Shown piece after piece: positions 27,913-38,825 of a stretch of 64,000 nucleotides of DNA. Under the pieces are notes generated by a model, which saw nothing but the letters and a program-made list of their open reading frames with translations, did not search any database and was not told the DNA's origin. Each line of letters begins with the position of its first letter. Positions within the stretch are counted from its first letter, which is position 1. The position numbers and the translations under genes are program-made. The stretch is from an uncultured Chloroflexia bacterium (GTDB lineage: Bacteria; Chloroflexota; Anaerolineae; CG2-30-64-16): contig CAWEMM010000008.1 in the NCBI GenBank assembly GCA_963810095.1, forward strand, positions 1-64,000, written 5' to 3'.

Positions 27913-29592
27913 ATGTCTCCACTCCGATATCTGATTCTGTGCGCAGTGCTGCTGCTCGTAGCGGCCTGCGCCCCTACCCCGCTCGTTCCAGCGCCGGCGG
28001 CGACATCCGCCAGTCCCGCGCTTGCGACGAACCTCCCGCTCGCCACGCTGCCGCCCGGCACGCTGCCGCCCCCCACGCTGCCGCCTGCCACCGCGACCGA
28101 GCCGGCCGCGACTGTCGCGCCGGCCGGAAGCCCGGCGCCCAGCGGCTGGCAGACCTACACCAACAGCCAGGCCGGCTTCAGCATCAGCTACCCGCCCGGC
28201 TGGACCCTGACGCCGACACAGTCCGACCCGGCTCAACCGATGCAGGAAGCCATGCTCGAGGGGCCGGAAGGTTCGTTCCAGATGCAGTGGGGCACGGGCT
28301 TCGGCGGCGCATGCCAGGCCTACTCCGCCCTGCACGTGGCCCAGGGCCAGATCTGGGCGTGCCACAGCCTCATGGCAGACGGCCAGCAGCGATGGGCGCT
28401 TTCGGGCACGAAGCTGCCAACCGTCACGTTTGGCGGCTTTGCAGGCACGAAGGATGCGAGCCAGGCCAGCGTCGATGCGGTGCTCGACGTACTGGCGACG
28501 ATCACCTTTGACGATCCGGCAGTCTTCCCGCCCGCGCCCGCGGCCGGGGCGGGCGAGATCGTGGTGGATAACGCAGGTCCGGACTTCTGGCCGCAGGGCG
28601 ACTGGTACCTGCTGGAATCCGAGCAGAAGTACGGGCAGGACTGCTATCAGGCGCTGCCCGGGCTGACGACAAGCGCAGAGGTGCGCCCCGCGCTCAGTGC
28701 GAGCGGCCCATACGAGGTGTTCGTGTGGCCGTGCGGCAACCCCAACTGGACCAATACCAGCCGGGGCGTAATCGAGGTGCACCGCTCTGCGGGGGACAGC
28801 GCACCCGCATCCGTCGGCCTTAACTACCAGGCGGTGGATGCCGGCCAGTGGCAGAGCGTCGGCACGTACAACCTGCAGCCGGGCGCCTTTCTGAACATCA
28901 AGGGCGTGGTGAGCGGCGCGACGGTCGCCGACGCCTACCGCTTTGTGCCTCAGCCGCAAGCAGCGGCCGAGGTCGTGCCGACGCCCCTGCCCAGTGGGCC
29001 CCTCGTCTCCAACCACCCGCCGCCGCCCGAAAGCCAGGTTACGTCCGGCGACCTGGCCGTCCGGCTGGGGCTCACCGATCCCTGGTACAACCCCGTGACC
29101 GCAACGATCACCCAGATGTCGTTCGACGACTGCGAGGCTTTCCCGCGGGACGGCTGCAGCGGCACCCGCGACGGCTTCCAGTCCATCGTGGCGTACGAAG
29201 GGATCACGCTAACCTACGACGTATCGAGTGACTATCAATTGGTCGGGCTCACGGGCGCCGACCGGCTCGACCCGTGGCTGATGGGCCAGGACCACCCGCA
29301 GCGGGTCTTTCTGGGGGGTCTGGACAGCGCCCGGGCCTACTTCTATCCGAACGGGTCGTGGCGCTACCTGCGCTACGCCATGGACGGCCGGCCCGAGAGC
29401 GATATGCCCCTCACGCACGACGAGGCGGCCACGCTGCAGGCGCTTGCGGCGAAGTACAGCACGCTGTTCATCAAAAACGCCAACGGCCAGCGCATCACGT
29501 TCTACGGCCTCGGCCCAACCGTCGCGCCCACCGAGGAGGACAAGGCCGCCTTGCTGGCCGTGGCAGAAGGACTCGCGGGGAGGCAGCCGTAA
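27913..29592 (+). CDS. Lipoprotein with PsbP-like and golvesin/CBM-like domains
   Basis: Lipobox VAAC; WQTYTNSQAGFSISYPPGW; IVVDN...GPYEVFVW...GQWQSVGTY...VADAYRF. Confidence 0.7.
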   Translation: MSPLRYLILCAVLLLVAACAPTPLVPAPAATSASPALATNLPLATLPPGTLPPPTLPPATATEPAATVAPAGSPAPSGWQTYTNSQAGFSISYPPGWTLTPTQSDPAQPMQEAMLEGPEGSFQMQWGTGFGGACQAYSALHVAQGQIWACHSLMADGQQRWALSGTKLPTVTFGGFAGTKDASQASVDAVLDVLATITFDDPAVFPPAPAAGAGEIVVDNAGPDFWPQGDWYLLESEQKYGQDCYQALPGLTTSAEVRPALSASGPYEVFVWPCGNPNWTNTSRGVIEVHRSAGDSAPASVGLNYQAVDAGQWQSVGTYNLQPGAFLNIKGVVSGATVADAYRFVPQPQAAAEVVPTPLPSGPLVSNHPPPPESQVTSGDLAVRLGLTDPWYNPVTATITQMSFDDCEAFPRDGCSGTRDGFQSIVAYEGITLTYDVSSDYQLVGLTGADRLDPWLMGQDHPQRVFLGGLDSARAYFYPNGSWRYLRYAMDGRPESDMPLTHDEAATLQALAAKYSTLFIKNANGQRITFYGLGPTVAPTEEDKAALLAVAEGLAGRQP

Positions 29593-29866
29593 CGGGAAAC
29601 GGAGCGGCGGCCCGCAGGGAGCAGTCCCAACCCCATATCAGGCGCACCGGCGGCAGTCGGCGGTGCGCCTGATGTGCCTCTTGGAAGCGCTCTCACACGA
29701 GCGTCCCGAAATTGACCGCCAGCGCACTCGGGGCTAGAATCAGCCACAGGACCAACGGCGATGACGACGTTGAGCGACCGTATTCCTTGCACCATCCGCG
29801 TAGCGTACCTCCGTCATCGCGCACCAGATCCCACAGATCCCAGGCAACAGACGAAAGGAGACGCAC

Positions 29867-31153
29867 ATGACAAGCCGCAGTCTAGCCAAGAGGCTCCCCA
29901 TCCTGGGCCTCCTCCTCATCTTGCTCCTGTCGGCCCTGCCCCTGGCCGCGTCCGCAGGCAGCTTGGACCCAAACACCCGGTTCTATGTACCCAAACCCAA
30001 CCAGGGCGCGGTGGACCAGATCAACGACCTGGCCCGCAGCGGCAACGTGAGCGATGCAAAGCTGATCGCCCAGATGGTCGCCCTGCCGCAGGCCGTGTGG
30101 TTCACCGCCGGTGAGCCGCGGCGCGTCAGGCAGGAAGTGGCCCTCACCGTCCAGAACGCGACGCAGAAGGGCACGATCCCCGTGCTCGTCGCCTACAACA
30201 TCCCCTTCCGTGATTGCGCGCAGTACTCGGCCGGGGGCGCAACGTCGCCCGCTGAGTACAAGGCGTGGATCGACGCCGTTGCCCAAGGCATCGCCAACCG
30301 CCAGGCCGTAGTCCTGCTCGAACCGGACGGCCTGGGCATCATTCCCTGGTACAACCCGTTTGGCGACCGTGACACCTGGGCGAGCAACCCGAACTACGAA
30401 TGGTGCCAACCCGCGGAAGCGAACAAGGACACGGCCGCGGCCGACCGGTTCGCCATGCTCAACTATGCCGTTGACAAGCTGAAGGCCAACCCCGGCACCA
30501 AGGTCTACCTGGACGGGACGCACAGCGGCTGGCTCGGCGCCGGCGACTCGGCAGACCGGCTGATCCAGGCGGGCGTCAACAAGGCCGACGGCTTCTTCAT
30601 GAACGTGTCCAACTACGAGCTGGACTCGCACCTGACGAAGTACGGCGCGTGGGTGTCCAAGTGCATTGCCTTCGGCTCAAACCCGGCCTCCTGGGGCAAG
30701 GGTCACACCGAGTGGTGTGCAAGCCAGTACAACCCGGCCAGCCCGAACGACTTCAGCACCTGGGGCTTGAGCGACCAGTGGTACAAGGACAACGTCGAGA
30801 GCCAGACGTGGTGGTACTCGACCGCCGTGCTCAAGCACTTCGTGATCGACTCGAGCCGCAACGGCCAGGGACCCTGGACTCCCACCGTCAGCTATCCCGA
30901 CCCCATGACCTGGTGCAACCCACCGGACCGAGGGCTGGGCGTGCGGCCGACCGCGAACACCGGCAACGAACTGCAGGATGCGTTCTTGTGGATCAAGCTG
31001 CCCGGCGAGTCGGACGGCGAATGCACCCGGGGGCTCGGACCTGCGGGCCAGACGATTGATCCGGAGTGGGGCGTCATCGATCCGGCAGCGGGCAAGTGGT
31101 TCTCGCCGATGGCGCTGGACCTGGTGCACAACGCCAACCCGCCGCTGAAGTAA
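29867..31153 (+). CDS. Secreted glycoside hydrolase family 6 (endoglucanase/cellobiohydrolase)
   Basis: LVAYNIPFRDCAQYSAGG, LLEPDGL, YLDGTHSGW, FVIDSSRNG, WCNP, WIKLPGESDG. Confidence 0.95.
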   Translation: MTSRSLAKRLPILGLLLILLLSALPLAASAGSLDPNTRFYVPKPNQGAVDQINDLARSGNVSDAKLIAQMVALPQAVWFTAGEPRRVRQEVALTVQNATQKGTIPVLVAYNIPFRDCAQYSAGGATSPAEYKAWIDAVAQGIANRQAVVLLEPDGLGIIPWYNPFGDRDTWASNPNYEWCQPAEANKDTAAADRFAMLNYAVDKLKANPGTKVYLDGTHSGWLGAGDSADRLIQAGVNKADGFFMNVSNYELDSHLTKYGAWVSKCIAFGSNPASWGKGHTEWCASQYNPASPNDFSTWGLSDQWYKDNVESQTWWYSTAVLKHFVIDSSRNGQGPWTPTVSYPDPMTWCNPPDRGLGVRPTANTGNELQDAFLWIKLPGESDGECTRGLGPAGQTIDPEWGVIDPAAGKWFSPMALDLVHNANPPLK

Positions 31154-31175
31154 GCGACAGGGCTCGCAAAATGGC

Positions 31176-31206
31176 AAAGAGCAGGCGGTTATCGCCTGCT
31201 CTTTTC
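31176..31206. terminator. Bidirectional terminator between GH6 and GH3
   Basis: aaagagcaggcg-gttat-cgcctgctctttt. Confidence 0.75.
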
Positions 31207-31228
31207 GTTCCCGGCCAGTCCGACCGCC

Positions 31229-33645
31229 TCATGCCCCCTTCGTGCGAGGCTTTCCGGCGAGTGCTCGGATGCCTTGCAGAATCCTCCCGTTGGCCAGGTG
31301 CACGATGCCCTCGGCGGTATGTCTGGGCATCTCCTCGGGCCCGTTCAGGATGATGCTGCGGAGCGGCATCGTCAGCGCACTGGCCCGCATCATCTTGTAA
31401 GTTGGATTGCTCTCGTCGGCGCCGCCGGCCGCCTTCGCAATCCGCGCCTCGACCGACTTGATGACCTGGCGCACCACGAAGCTGCCCCGCATGTCCTGGA
31501 ACGAGCAGTCGAGCGTATACTCGCCCCTGGCAGGGGGCCGGATGGGCGCGATTGGCCGGCCCAGCAGGGCTTCAAAGTCCGCCTGCGAAACCCCGCCCGT
31601 GGGGTTGAGATACCAGGGCGGCGCTTCGCCCAGGGCAGCAGGCGTGGGACATCCTTCGACGCTGACCTCGGCCTGCAGCCGTATGTCCCGGCTCGACGAT
31701 CCGACCGAGATCGCGTACTTGCCGGATGGGACCACCCACTCATTTCCTCCGGGGTCATAGCAGGCGAAGGCCCGCGCGTCGAGGGTGAAGCTGAGCCGCT
31801 GCGCCGCGCCCGCCGCAAGGAACACCTTGGCGAATGCCCGCAGCTCCCTGGCGGGCCGGTGCAAGGCGTCGCCCACCTGGCCCACGTACACCTGCACCAC
31901 CTCCGCGCCGTCCATCGCTGCCCGTGTTCCGAACCGTTATTCCCAGGTCGAGCGCAGGGCGGCGCAGTGAGCTCGACGGCCGAAAGCACCAGGTCCTCGT
32001 ACGCGAAGCTGGTGTACGAAAGGCCGTGGCCGAACGGAAACAGGACGTCTTGCTGCGCCTTGTCGTAATAGCGATACCCGACATAGACCCCCTCGCGGTA
32101 CTGCGCCTGCTTCCCGCCGGTCTCGTAGAACCCGGCAGACGGCACGTCGGCGTAACGGCGGGGATAGGTCTCCGCCAGCTTCCCGCTCGGATTCACCTTC
32201 CCGGCCAGCAGCTCGGCTGCCGCCAGCCCACCCGCCTGGCCGGCAAGATAGAGATTCAGCACCGCCTTGACCTTGGGCAGCCAGGGCATCTCGACCGGCG
32301 CGCCACCAACGAGCACGACGACCGTGTTCGGGTTCAGGCTCGCGACCTGCTCGATCAGCGCGTTGTGGGGGGCGGGCATAGCCAGGGTAGAACGGTCGTA
32401 ACCCTCCGACTCGCATTCCTCGGGGAGACCCGCGACGATCACGGCCGTGTCTGCGGCGGCCGCGCCGGCGAGCGCTTCGGCCAGCAGCGCCCCATCATCC
32501 GCACCCTTGAGCGCGTAACCTGCGCAATACCGGTAGTCGAGGCCCACTTGGTCGAACCCGTCGACCAGGGTGGAGAGCCGCGTCGGATTGATGTGCGAGC
32601 TGCCCGCGCCCTGGTAGCGGGGCGCTTTTGCCAGCGCGCCGATCAAGGCAATTTTCTGGCCGGACCCGAGGGGGAGGACGCCGCCCTCGTTCTTGAGCAG
32701 CACGGCGGAGCTAGCGGCGATCTTCTGCGCGAGCGTGTGGTGCCCGTCCACATCGTAACGGCAGTCGGGCCGGCGATGCTTCACCGCGGCGAAGACCAAC
32801 TCGAGCACCCGGTCAACGCTCTCATCCACCCGCGCCTCTGGAAGTTGGCCGCTGCGGACCGCTTCGATCACAGCGTCGTCAAAGTAGCCGCGGCTGCCGG
32901 GCATTTCCAGGTCGAGCCCGGCCGCGAACCCGGCCACCCGGTCGTTCGTCGCGCCCCAGTCGGTCACCACGACCCCCTGGAAACCCCACTCGCGCCGCAG
33001 GATCTGCGACAGCAGGCGCTCGTTGTCGCTGCAGTGGACGCCGTTGAGCTTGTTGTACGCGCACATGACCGTCGCAGGCGCCCCATTCTTGACTGCAGCC
33101 TCGAACCCGGGCAGGTAAATCTCGCGCAAGGTCCGCTCGTCGACGATACTGTCGGAAGACATGCGCTCGGCTTCCTGGTTGTTCGCGGCGAAGTGCTTGA
33201 GCGATGCACCCACGCCCCGGCTCTGAATCCCGGCAATCCAGGCCGCGGCCATCTCGCCGCTCAGGTAGGGGTCCTCTGAGAAATACTCGAAGTTGCGCCC
33301 GCACAACGGGTTGCGCTTGATGTTCGCGCCGGGGCCGAGCACGATGTCAATCCCTTCCTGCAGCGCCTCTTCCGCGATGGCTGCGCCCATCTCGGAGAGC
33401 AGCTCCGTATCCCATGAACAGGCCGTCAGGCTGGCGGTGGGGAAGCACGTGGCCGGCACGCTGACGCTGAAACCCAGCGGATCGGCGCCGGCCGCCTGCT
33501 TCCGCAGCCCGTGCGGCCCGTCGGCCAGGACGATGCTTGGGACGCCGCGCTTCTCCAGCGCCTTCGTGCGAAACATGTCGGCGCCCGAGCACAGTGCGAC
33601 CTTCTCTTCGAGGGTCAGCGTCTGGATGATGGCTTGATGCTTCAT
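31229..33645 (-). CDS. Beta-glucosidase, GH3 with FN3-like C-terminal domain (frameshift near 31920-31960)
   Basis: DGPHGLRK, GRNFEYFSEDP, KHFAANNQE, VVTDWG, FPFGHGLSYT, EVVQVYV...RELRAFAKV. Confidence 0.95.
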
Positions 33646-33877
33646 ATAATGAGGGCCATTTCGTGCTTCAGGTTGGGGCGGCCGCAGTAGTTGGTTGGAT
33701 GCCAATACCGTGTTGTGATCGGCCGGATTCCACGTCATTTTACGCGATTGGCGCACCGCTGCAATTGGAGCGGGTCCGTGCGATGCCCCGAGCGGATGAG
33801 GGCACGAGTTTAATCGCAGAAGCTCGCTGGGACCTTCGGTTCCCAACGAGCTTCTGCGTCGCTTATCCAGAGACTAA

Positions 33878-33959
33878 TGCCGACGGGGGGATTTGAACCC
33901 CCACGCCTTGTGGGCAGCAGATCCTAAGTCTGCAGCGTCTGCCATTCCGCCACGTCGGC
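33878..33959 (-). tRNA. tRNA-Leu (TAG)
   Basis: GCCGACGTGGCGGAATGGCAGACGC-GCAGA CTTAGGA TCTGC, long variable arm, GGTTCAAATCC. Confidence 0.95.
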
Positions 33960-34094
33960 GTAGGACGGCGCGCGACTGGCGTCGCCTGGCCGTCAACCTG
34001 CGACGGGTGTACCGTCGGCGCGCAGTGGTGGCGACCTCTCGCCACAACTGCCAAGTGAGCGAAGCTGTGCTTCGCAGGGTCACCGAAGGTGACA

Positions 34095-34607
34095 CACTTG
34101 CCGGATCATACCCCCGATTCTGTGGACCCGTAGGTCTGCCGCCATCTATCTCACTCGGATTGCTCCAAGTGGCCGCGCCTGGCCTGGTGGGTGTGACCCA
34201 CCCTCACCGGTGCGGCTGCGATGAGACCGAACGCGCCGCGCAACGCAACGCGCCGAGCGTTAGCTCGGCTAACGCCAACGAAGTTGGCGCGCTCAGCCCA
34301 CTCACCTTGCTCCTGGCTGTACGCTCGCCTGGCCGGCCGCATTGCTGCGGACCGCCGGTGGGCTCTTACCCCACCGTTTCAGCCCTCACGGCTCGCTTGG
34401 AGGCTCGCGCCTCGCCCCGAGCTTTGCGGGTATGCTTTCTGTTGCGGTTGTAGTCGCACGGCTGTCTCCGGCCGCACGCCCCCACTTGCTGTTTCATGGG
34501 GCAGCTTTTCCGCGCCACCTTGCGGCTCGCGGATAGGAGTCGGGAAGTTCCTCCCCCGGCGCGCTTCTCGCGAAGCAAAACCAGAGGCGACGGCTCACCG
34601 GCAAGTA
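34095..34607 (-). ncRNA. rnpB: RNase P RNA (long, variant P4)
   Basis: P1 acttgccgg/ccggcaagt; GAGGAAC-TTCCCGACTCC; GGGCTGAAACGGTGGGGTAAGAGCCCACCG; GAGCAAGG; GAGATAGATGG; ACAGAATCGGGGGTA. Confidence 0.88.
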
Positions 34608-34660
34608 GAGTCATTTTACATGGCGGAAGAGGCGAAGTCAAAAAGGGGTCGAAACGAGGG

Positions 34661-35347
34661 TTAACCCAGCTCTGCGATGTCCTGCAGCGCGTCGACGTCG
34701 ATCAGCACAACCTTGCCGCGGCGAGTCAGGATCAACTCCTCCCGGCGGAACTTGCTCATCACGCGAATTGCAGTCTCCACGGTGGTGCCGGTCATGTCTG
34801 CCACGTCCTGGCGCGTCAAGGGCAGCTCGATAACCCGGCCCTCGCTGGTGTCTGCGCCGGCCGTCTGGCCCAGCTTGAGCAGGGTGCGCGCGATGCGCTG
34901 CTCCACCCGCTCGACCGCAAGGCTGCGGATCTGCTCGGCCGAGCTGCGGAGACGGATGCCCATGTCGTTGATGACGGTCAGCGCAAACACCGGGAAGCGT
35001 GTGACAAGGGTGAGGCAGTCGTTCCGGCTGATGACCAGGACCGTACAATCTTCGATGGCCTGGGCTGTCCCCGGATACCCGCCACCGTCGAAGACGGCGA
35101 CGCTGCCCAGCAGGTGCCCTGGACCGGCCATCCGCAAGACCACATCCTTACCGTCCGGGGAATGGCGGAGGACCTTGACCTTGCCGGCCTTCACCACGTA
35201 CAAGGCTTCGGGCGCCTCGCCCTCCAGGAAGATGTAGTCGTCCCGCTGGTATTGCCGCTCGCTGAAGATGTCAGCGACCTTTTCCCAGTCGCGGTCCGAC
35301 AGCCCGGCGAACACCGGCAGCGCGGCCAGTATCTCGCGCCGATCCAT
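34661..35347 (-). CDS. Crp/Fnr family transcriptional regulator
   Basis: IFLEGEAPEALYVVKAGKVKV, VEQRIARTLL, LTRQDVADMTGTTVETAIRVMSKF. Confidence 0.96.
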   Translation of the reverse strand: MDRREILAALPVFAGLSDRDWEKVADIFSERQYQRDDYIFLEGEAPEALYVVKAGKVKVLRHSPDGKDVVLRMAGPGHLLGSVAVFDGGGYPGTAQAIEDCTVLVISRNDCLTLVTRFPVFALTVINDMGIRLRSSAEQIRSLAVERVEQRIARTLLKLGQTAGADTSEGRVIELPLTRQDVADMTGTTVETAIRVMSKFRREELILTRRGKVVLIDVDALQDIAELG

Positions 35348-35493
35348 CTACATCTCCGAGATAAAGGTAAGCCAGCGGATGTATGGCACTAGTTGGTGCA
35401 ATATGATGCAGGTCATAAACAGGGTGATTATAGCATGCGCCGGAAGGGTGCGCAATTATGAGGGGCGCTTATGAATTAAGGTACAGACGCGCA

Positions 35494-35533
35494 CGGGTGG
35501 GGCCACGGTTCCCGGGGACCGTGGCCCCACCCG
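35494..35533 (-). terminator. Hairpin downstream of the VIT-vWA gene
   Basis: cgggtggggccacggt-tcccgggg-accgtggccccacccg. Confidence 0.6.
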
Positions 35534-35538
35534 CAGGG

Positions 35539-37695
35539 TCAGGGCTGTATGGAATACGCCTTGCCCTGAAGGACGACCGTCAGCTGGTCACCCAGGGCGA
35601 GGTAGCGTGCAATCTCGGGACGCTCCGTGAGGAGCTTGAAATAGCGCTCGCTGCCGAACTTGATGAGCTCCGGCTTCAGCTTCTTCGCGTCGAAGGCCGT
35701 GTCGACCCATGCGCCGTTTTGCAGGACGAACGTCTTGTCGCCCACCTGGCGCAGGGCCGAGCCGTCCGGCGCTTGCGGCGCACTGTCGGCCTGCTGCATG
35801 GCCGCCTCGCTCTGAGACTTGGCCACCGCCGCCGCACCCGAGCGGGCTCCGCCCGCGTCAGCGGCAGCTCCCATCGTCGGCGCAGCAGACGGCCCGCCGC
35901 CCATGCCAAAGCCGGGCAGCGGACGCAGACCGGGCTGGACCGTCACGCCGGGTTCCTCGACCAGGAACGAGGTGTACGGCGTGGCGATGCCGTACTTCGT
36001 CGCCAGGTCCTTTACTTCCTGCACCAACTCGGGGTTCGAGCCCTTCAGCCGGATCTGCGTCAGCAGGTAGCCGATCTTGCGTTGGGCCCACAGCCGCGGG
36101 ATGAACTCGCTGCCGCCTCGGTCCACAAAGGTCAGCCCGGTGTAGCGGTTGCTGCGCGCTTTCCCGTCGACCGTCCCCGAGAGCCGGAGGTCGGCCGCGC
36201 CGCCCGCCCGGTAGCGTCCGGCCACCACCAGTTGCGAACCGGCGAACAGGTCGGGCAGCGGGTAGGGATACAGGTCTTCGACCTTCACCCCGCTGAAGAC
36301 CGCCTCGACGTCGACCAGCACCGGCGAACTCACCTTCTGGTAGAAGCCGGACACTTCTTCCTGGATGTCCTGCTCGGGGGCCACGTAGGCGCTCGTGCCG
36401 CGCTGCTTGCTGCTCAGTTGGTCGAGCAGGACGGTGTCGACATCGTAGCCGACGCCGAACGCAAACAGGCGGACCGACTTCGGTGCGCTGGCGCCGATGT
36501 TGGCCACGATCTGGTCCGGGTTGGTCTCGCCTGCGGTGGGCAGGCCGTCCGTCAGGAAGATAACGACCGTTGGCCGGGCAGGGTCTGCGCCGGCGATGGC
36601 CTCCAGCAGGGCCCGGTTGATGTCCGTGCTGCCCGCTGCCCGCAGGCTGTCGACGAAGTCACGGCCCGCCGCCCGCTGGCTCGCCGGCACAGGCTTGTCA
36701 GAGAACAAGCGCGTTGCCGTGCTGAAGGACACGATGTTGAACCGGTCGCGCTCGCCCAGGTTGTCCAACACGTACCTCGCCGCGCCCTTCGCCTGGCCGA
36801 TCTTCTCGCCGTCCATGCTGCCCGACGTGTCGAGCACCAGCACGACGTCCTTCGCGACCGCCTCGCCCTCGGCCTCGGCCGGCGGCGTCACCAGCAGCAG
36901 GAAGTAGCCGTCCTCGTCGAAGGGCTTGTAGCTGAGAAGGTTCACCGCGATGGCATCGGTCGAGACGCTGTAGTAAAGGTCGAAATCACGGTCCGGGCGG
37001 ACGTCCCGGGCTTCATACCCCACCGTCGCTGCCTGATCCCCGCCGCGCACCACTTGCACCGGGTGCGTCGGAGAATAGATCGCGCGCAGCGGCGCACGGT
37101 CCTTCACGTCGACGCTGATCGCCACCTCGGAGAGGGGCCGCGCCGAGAATTTCTCCGTGTTGAGCGGGTAGCGATAGTGAACCAGGCCCGACTGCTGGGG
37201 CAGAACCTGCGTATAGGTCAGCTCGATCCGGCGTTCGCCGTGGGGCGGAATGGGGAAGATGCGGGCCTGGAACGCGCCCCGGCCGGCATACTCGAGCAGC
37301 GCCGGGTCCTTCTGGCGCCGCACGATGTCCTCGTAGATGCGCCGGGCCTCGTCGCGGCCCAACAGCTTTCCCTCCAGCTTTTTCCCGTCCACCCACATAT
37401 CGAAGCTGGAAACCGCCGCGTCCTCGGGCAAGGGGAAGATGTAAGTCCCCTCGACGGCAAAATCCGCGTCGTTGACAAACAGCTGATCCACCCTTGTCGT
37501 TGCCACCTGGTTATCGATCGTGACATTGACCCGGTGGTACTTAACGGTGAGGGGGATGTCGCGCCAGGGAATCGGGCGATCAATGGGGGGCTGCGGAATG
37601 ATAAAGCCGTCGGCCGAGACCGGATGGGCGGCGAAGGCGAGCATCAGCAGCAGCAGGAGAAACAGCAGCCCGAGCGCCAGCAGGGGCCGCTCCAC
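35539..37695 (-). CDS. Secreted VIT + von Willebrand factor A domain protein (inter-alpha-trypsin inhibitor-like)
   Basis: ADGFIIP, EGTYIFPLP, KDPALLEY, VLDTSGSM (MIDAS), FLTDGLPT, FGVGYDVD, ATPYTSFLV; true start may be the RBS-led ATG at 37759 via a frameshift. Confidence 0.93.
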   Translation of the reverse strand: MERPLLALGLLFLLLLLMLAFAAHPVSADGFIIPQPPIDRPIPWRDIPLTVKYHRVNVTIDNQVATTRVDQLFVNDADFAVEGTYIFPLPEDAAVSSFDMWVDGKKLEGKLLGRDEARRIYEDIVRRQKDPALLEYAGRGAFQARIFPIPPHGERRIELTYTQVLPQQSGLVHYRYPLNTEKFSARPLSEVAISVDVKDRAPLRAIYSPTHPVQVVRGGDQAATVGYEARDVRPDRDFDLYYSVSTDAIAVNLLSYKPFDEDGYFLLLVTPPAEAEGEAVAKDVVLVLDTSGSMDGEKIGQAKGAARYVLDNLGERDRFNIVSFSTATRLFSDKPVPASQRAAGRDFVDSLRAAGSTDINRALLEAIAGADPARPTVVIFLTDGLPTAGETNPDQIVANIGASAPKSVRLFAFGVGYDVDTVLLDQLSSKQRGTSAYVAPEQDIQEEVSGFYQKVSSPVLVDVEAVFSGVKVEDLYPYPLPDLFAGSQLVVAGRYRAGGAADLRLSGTVDGKARSNRYTGLTFVDRGGSEFIPRLWAQRKIGYLLTQIRLKGSNPELVQEVKDLATKYGIATPYTSFLVEEPGVTVQPGLRPLPGFGMGGGPSAAPTMGAAADAGGARSGAAAVAKSQSEAAMQQADSAPQAPDGSALRQVGDKTFVLQNGAWVDTAFDAKKLKPELIKFGSERYFKLLTERPEIARYLALGDQLTVVLQGKAYSIQP

Positions 37696-37838
37696 GAACG
37701 GACTATGTAACGATCACAGTGCGAGCACCGGTCATGCGACCGTCGGGCAGATGTCTCATGGGCTCCTCCTCGGTGCGACGGGCCAGTTCTGCTGGCTCGT
37801 TCTGCCCTCGTGACGCCCGTTATGGCAAGGGGGTTCCT

Positions 37839-38357
37839 TTACGGCTCGAGGTTGTACGTGAGGGAGCCAATCCACCAGCGGCCGTCGCGCTTGACGAAGG
37901 TCCAGCGGTCGCCTGCCTGGCTGACTTCGCTGCCGATTGCGGTGGTGCTGGTGACGGTGGCCTTGTCGCCGGTCACTTGTACCTGTAGGTCCTGACCGCC
38001 GGCAGACTGGGGGTTGCCGGGAAACACAAGCACAACATAGCGGGAACGGATCGCGTCGCGGCCCTGCCAGGTCGCATCGTCGGACGTGTCGTTCGGGGTG
38101 TGCTTCGCGTCGGTCACCACGGCATCGTCAGCCCACAGCTCCATCAGGGCGCCAATGTCCTGGCCCACAACTGCCGCGCCTTCCGCTGCAACCAGTTGGC
38201 GGATCGCATCCTCGTCGTTCGCAGCCTGCGGCGTCAGGGCCCGCGGCGCGTCGGTGGGCTTGTCACCAAGCGTCGATGCCCGGGGTGCCGTGCACGAGGC
38301 CATGCCGAGGAGCACGAGGAGGGCAATGGAAAAGCAGTAGCGCCAAAGGTGATGCAT
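37839..38357 (-). CDS. Lipoprotein with NTF2/SnoaL-like domain
   Basis: Lipobox MASC; DEDAIRQLV, LWADDAVV, WQGRDAIR, WTFVKRDGRWWI. Confidence 0.8.
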   Translation of the reverse strand: MHHLWRYCFSIALLVLLGMASCTAPRASTLGDKPTDAPRALTPQAANDEDAIRQLVAAEGAAVVGQDIGALMELWADDAVVTDAKHTPNDTSDDATWQGRDAIRSRYVVLVFPGNPQSAGGQDLQVQVTGDKATVTSTTAIGSEVSQAGDRWTFVKRDGRWWIGSLTYNLEP

Positions 38358-38825
38358 GCGTCCTCCGGCTGCGGCAGGCCGGGAGAAGTCTATGTGCCGC
38401 GGGCTTGGCCGGCGACGTGGTCGCTGGCGACGGCGATCATAGCACTGCGGCGAACAGCTCACAAATCTGCAGGTCGGCCCTTTGACGTAGAGCCGTTGCC
38501 GGAAGCGCCGGCCCGAAACGGGTCCCTTGTCTGATGCGCTGCGCCAGCGAACATGTTAGTCTATGAGCAAGTCTGGTGGAGTTGTATTGAGTGTGCCGGT
38601 TGTAGTGGATGGACACCAGGCAGGATGCGTACTGTCTGTATTGATCGTTTCCGCGTTACCCCGTATTGACCCGTAGTGACTGTATTGACAATTGTACCGG
38701 CTGGATGGGCTGACTGACGTTCGTATCGACAGAGTGGAACGAGTTTGGGCTGCGCAGAGTCGAGAGTGTGTAATGAGACTGCGAAGTGTGTGATGGGATT
38801 GCAGGCAGAAGGGCCAGGGTGGATC

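Noticed and set aside
23092-29016. Very long antisense ORFs (1143 aa, 722 aa; also 13824-15854, 35458-37710, 49593-51611)
   Set aside because: Shadow ORFs of high-GC genes on the opposite strand, with no recognisable motifs
22900-33870. Sulfatase-GH6-GH3 block as an island integrated at tRNA-Leu
   Set aside because: No integrase and no duplicated tRNA 3' end found by eye; composition matches the host
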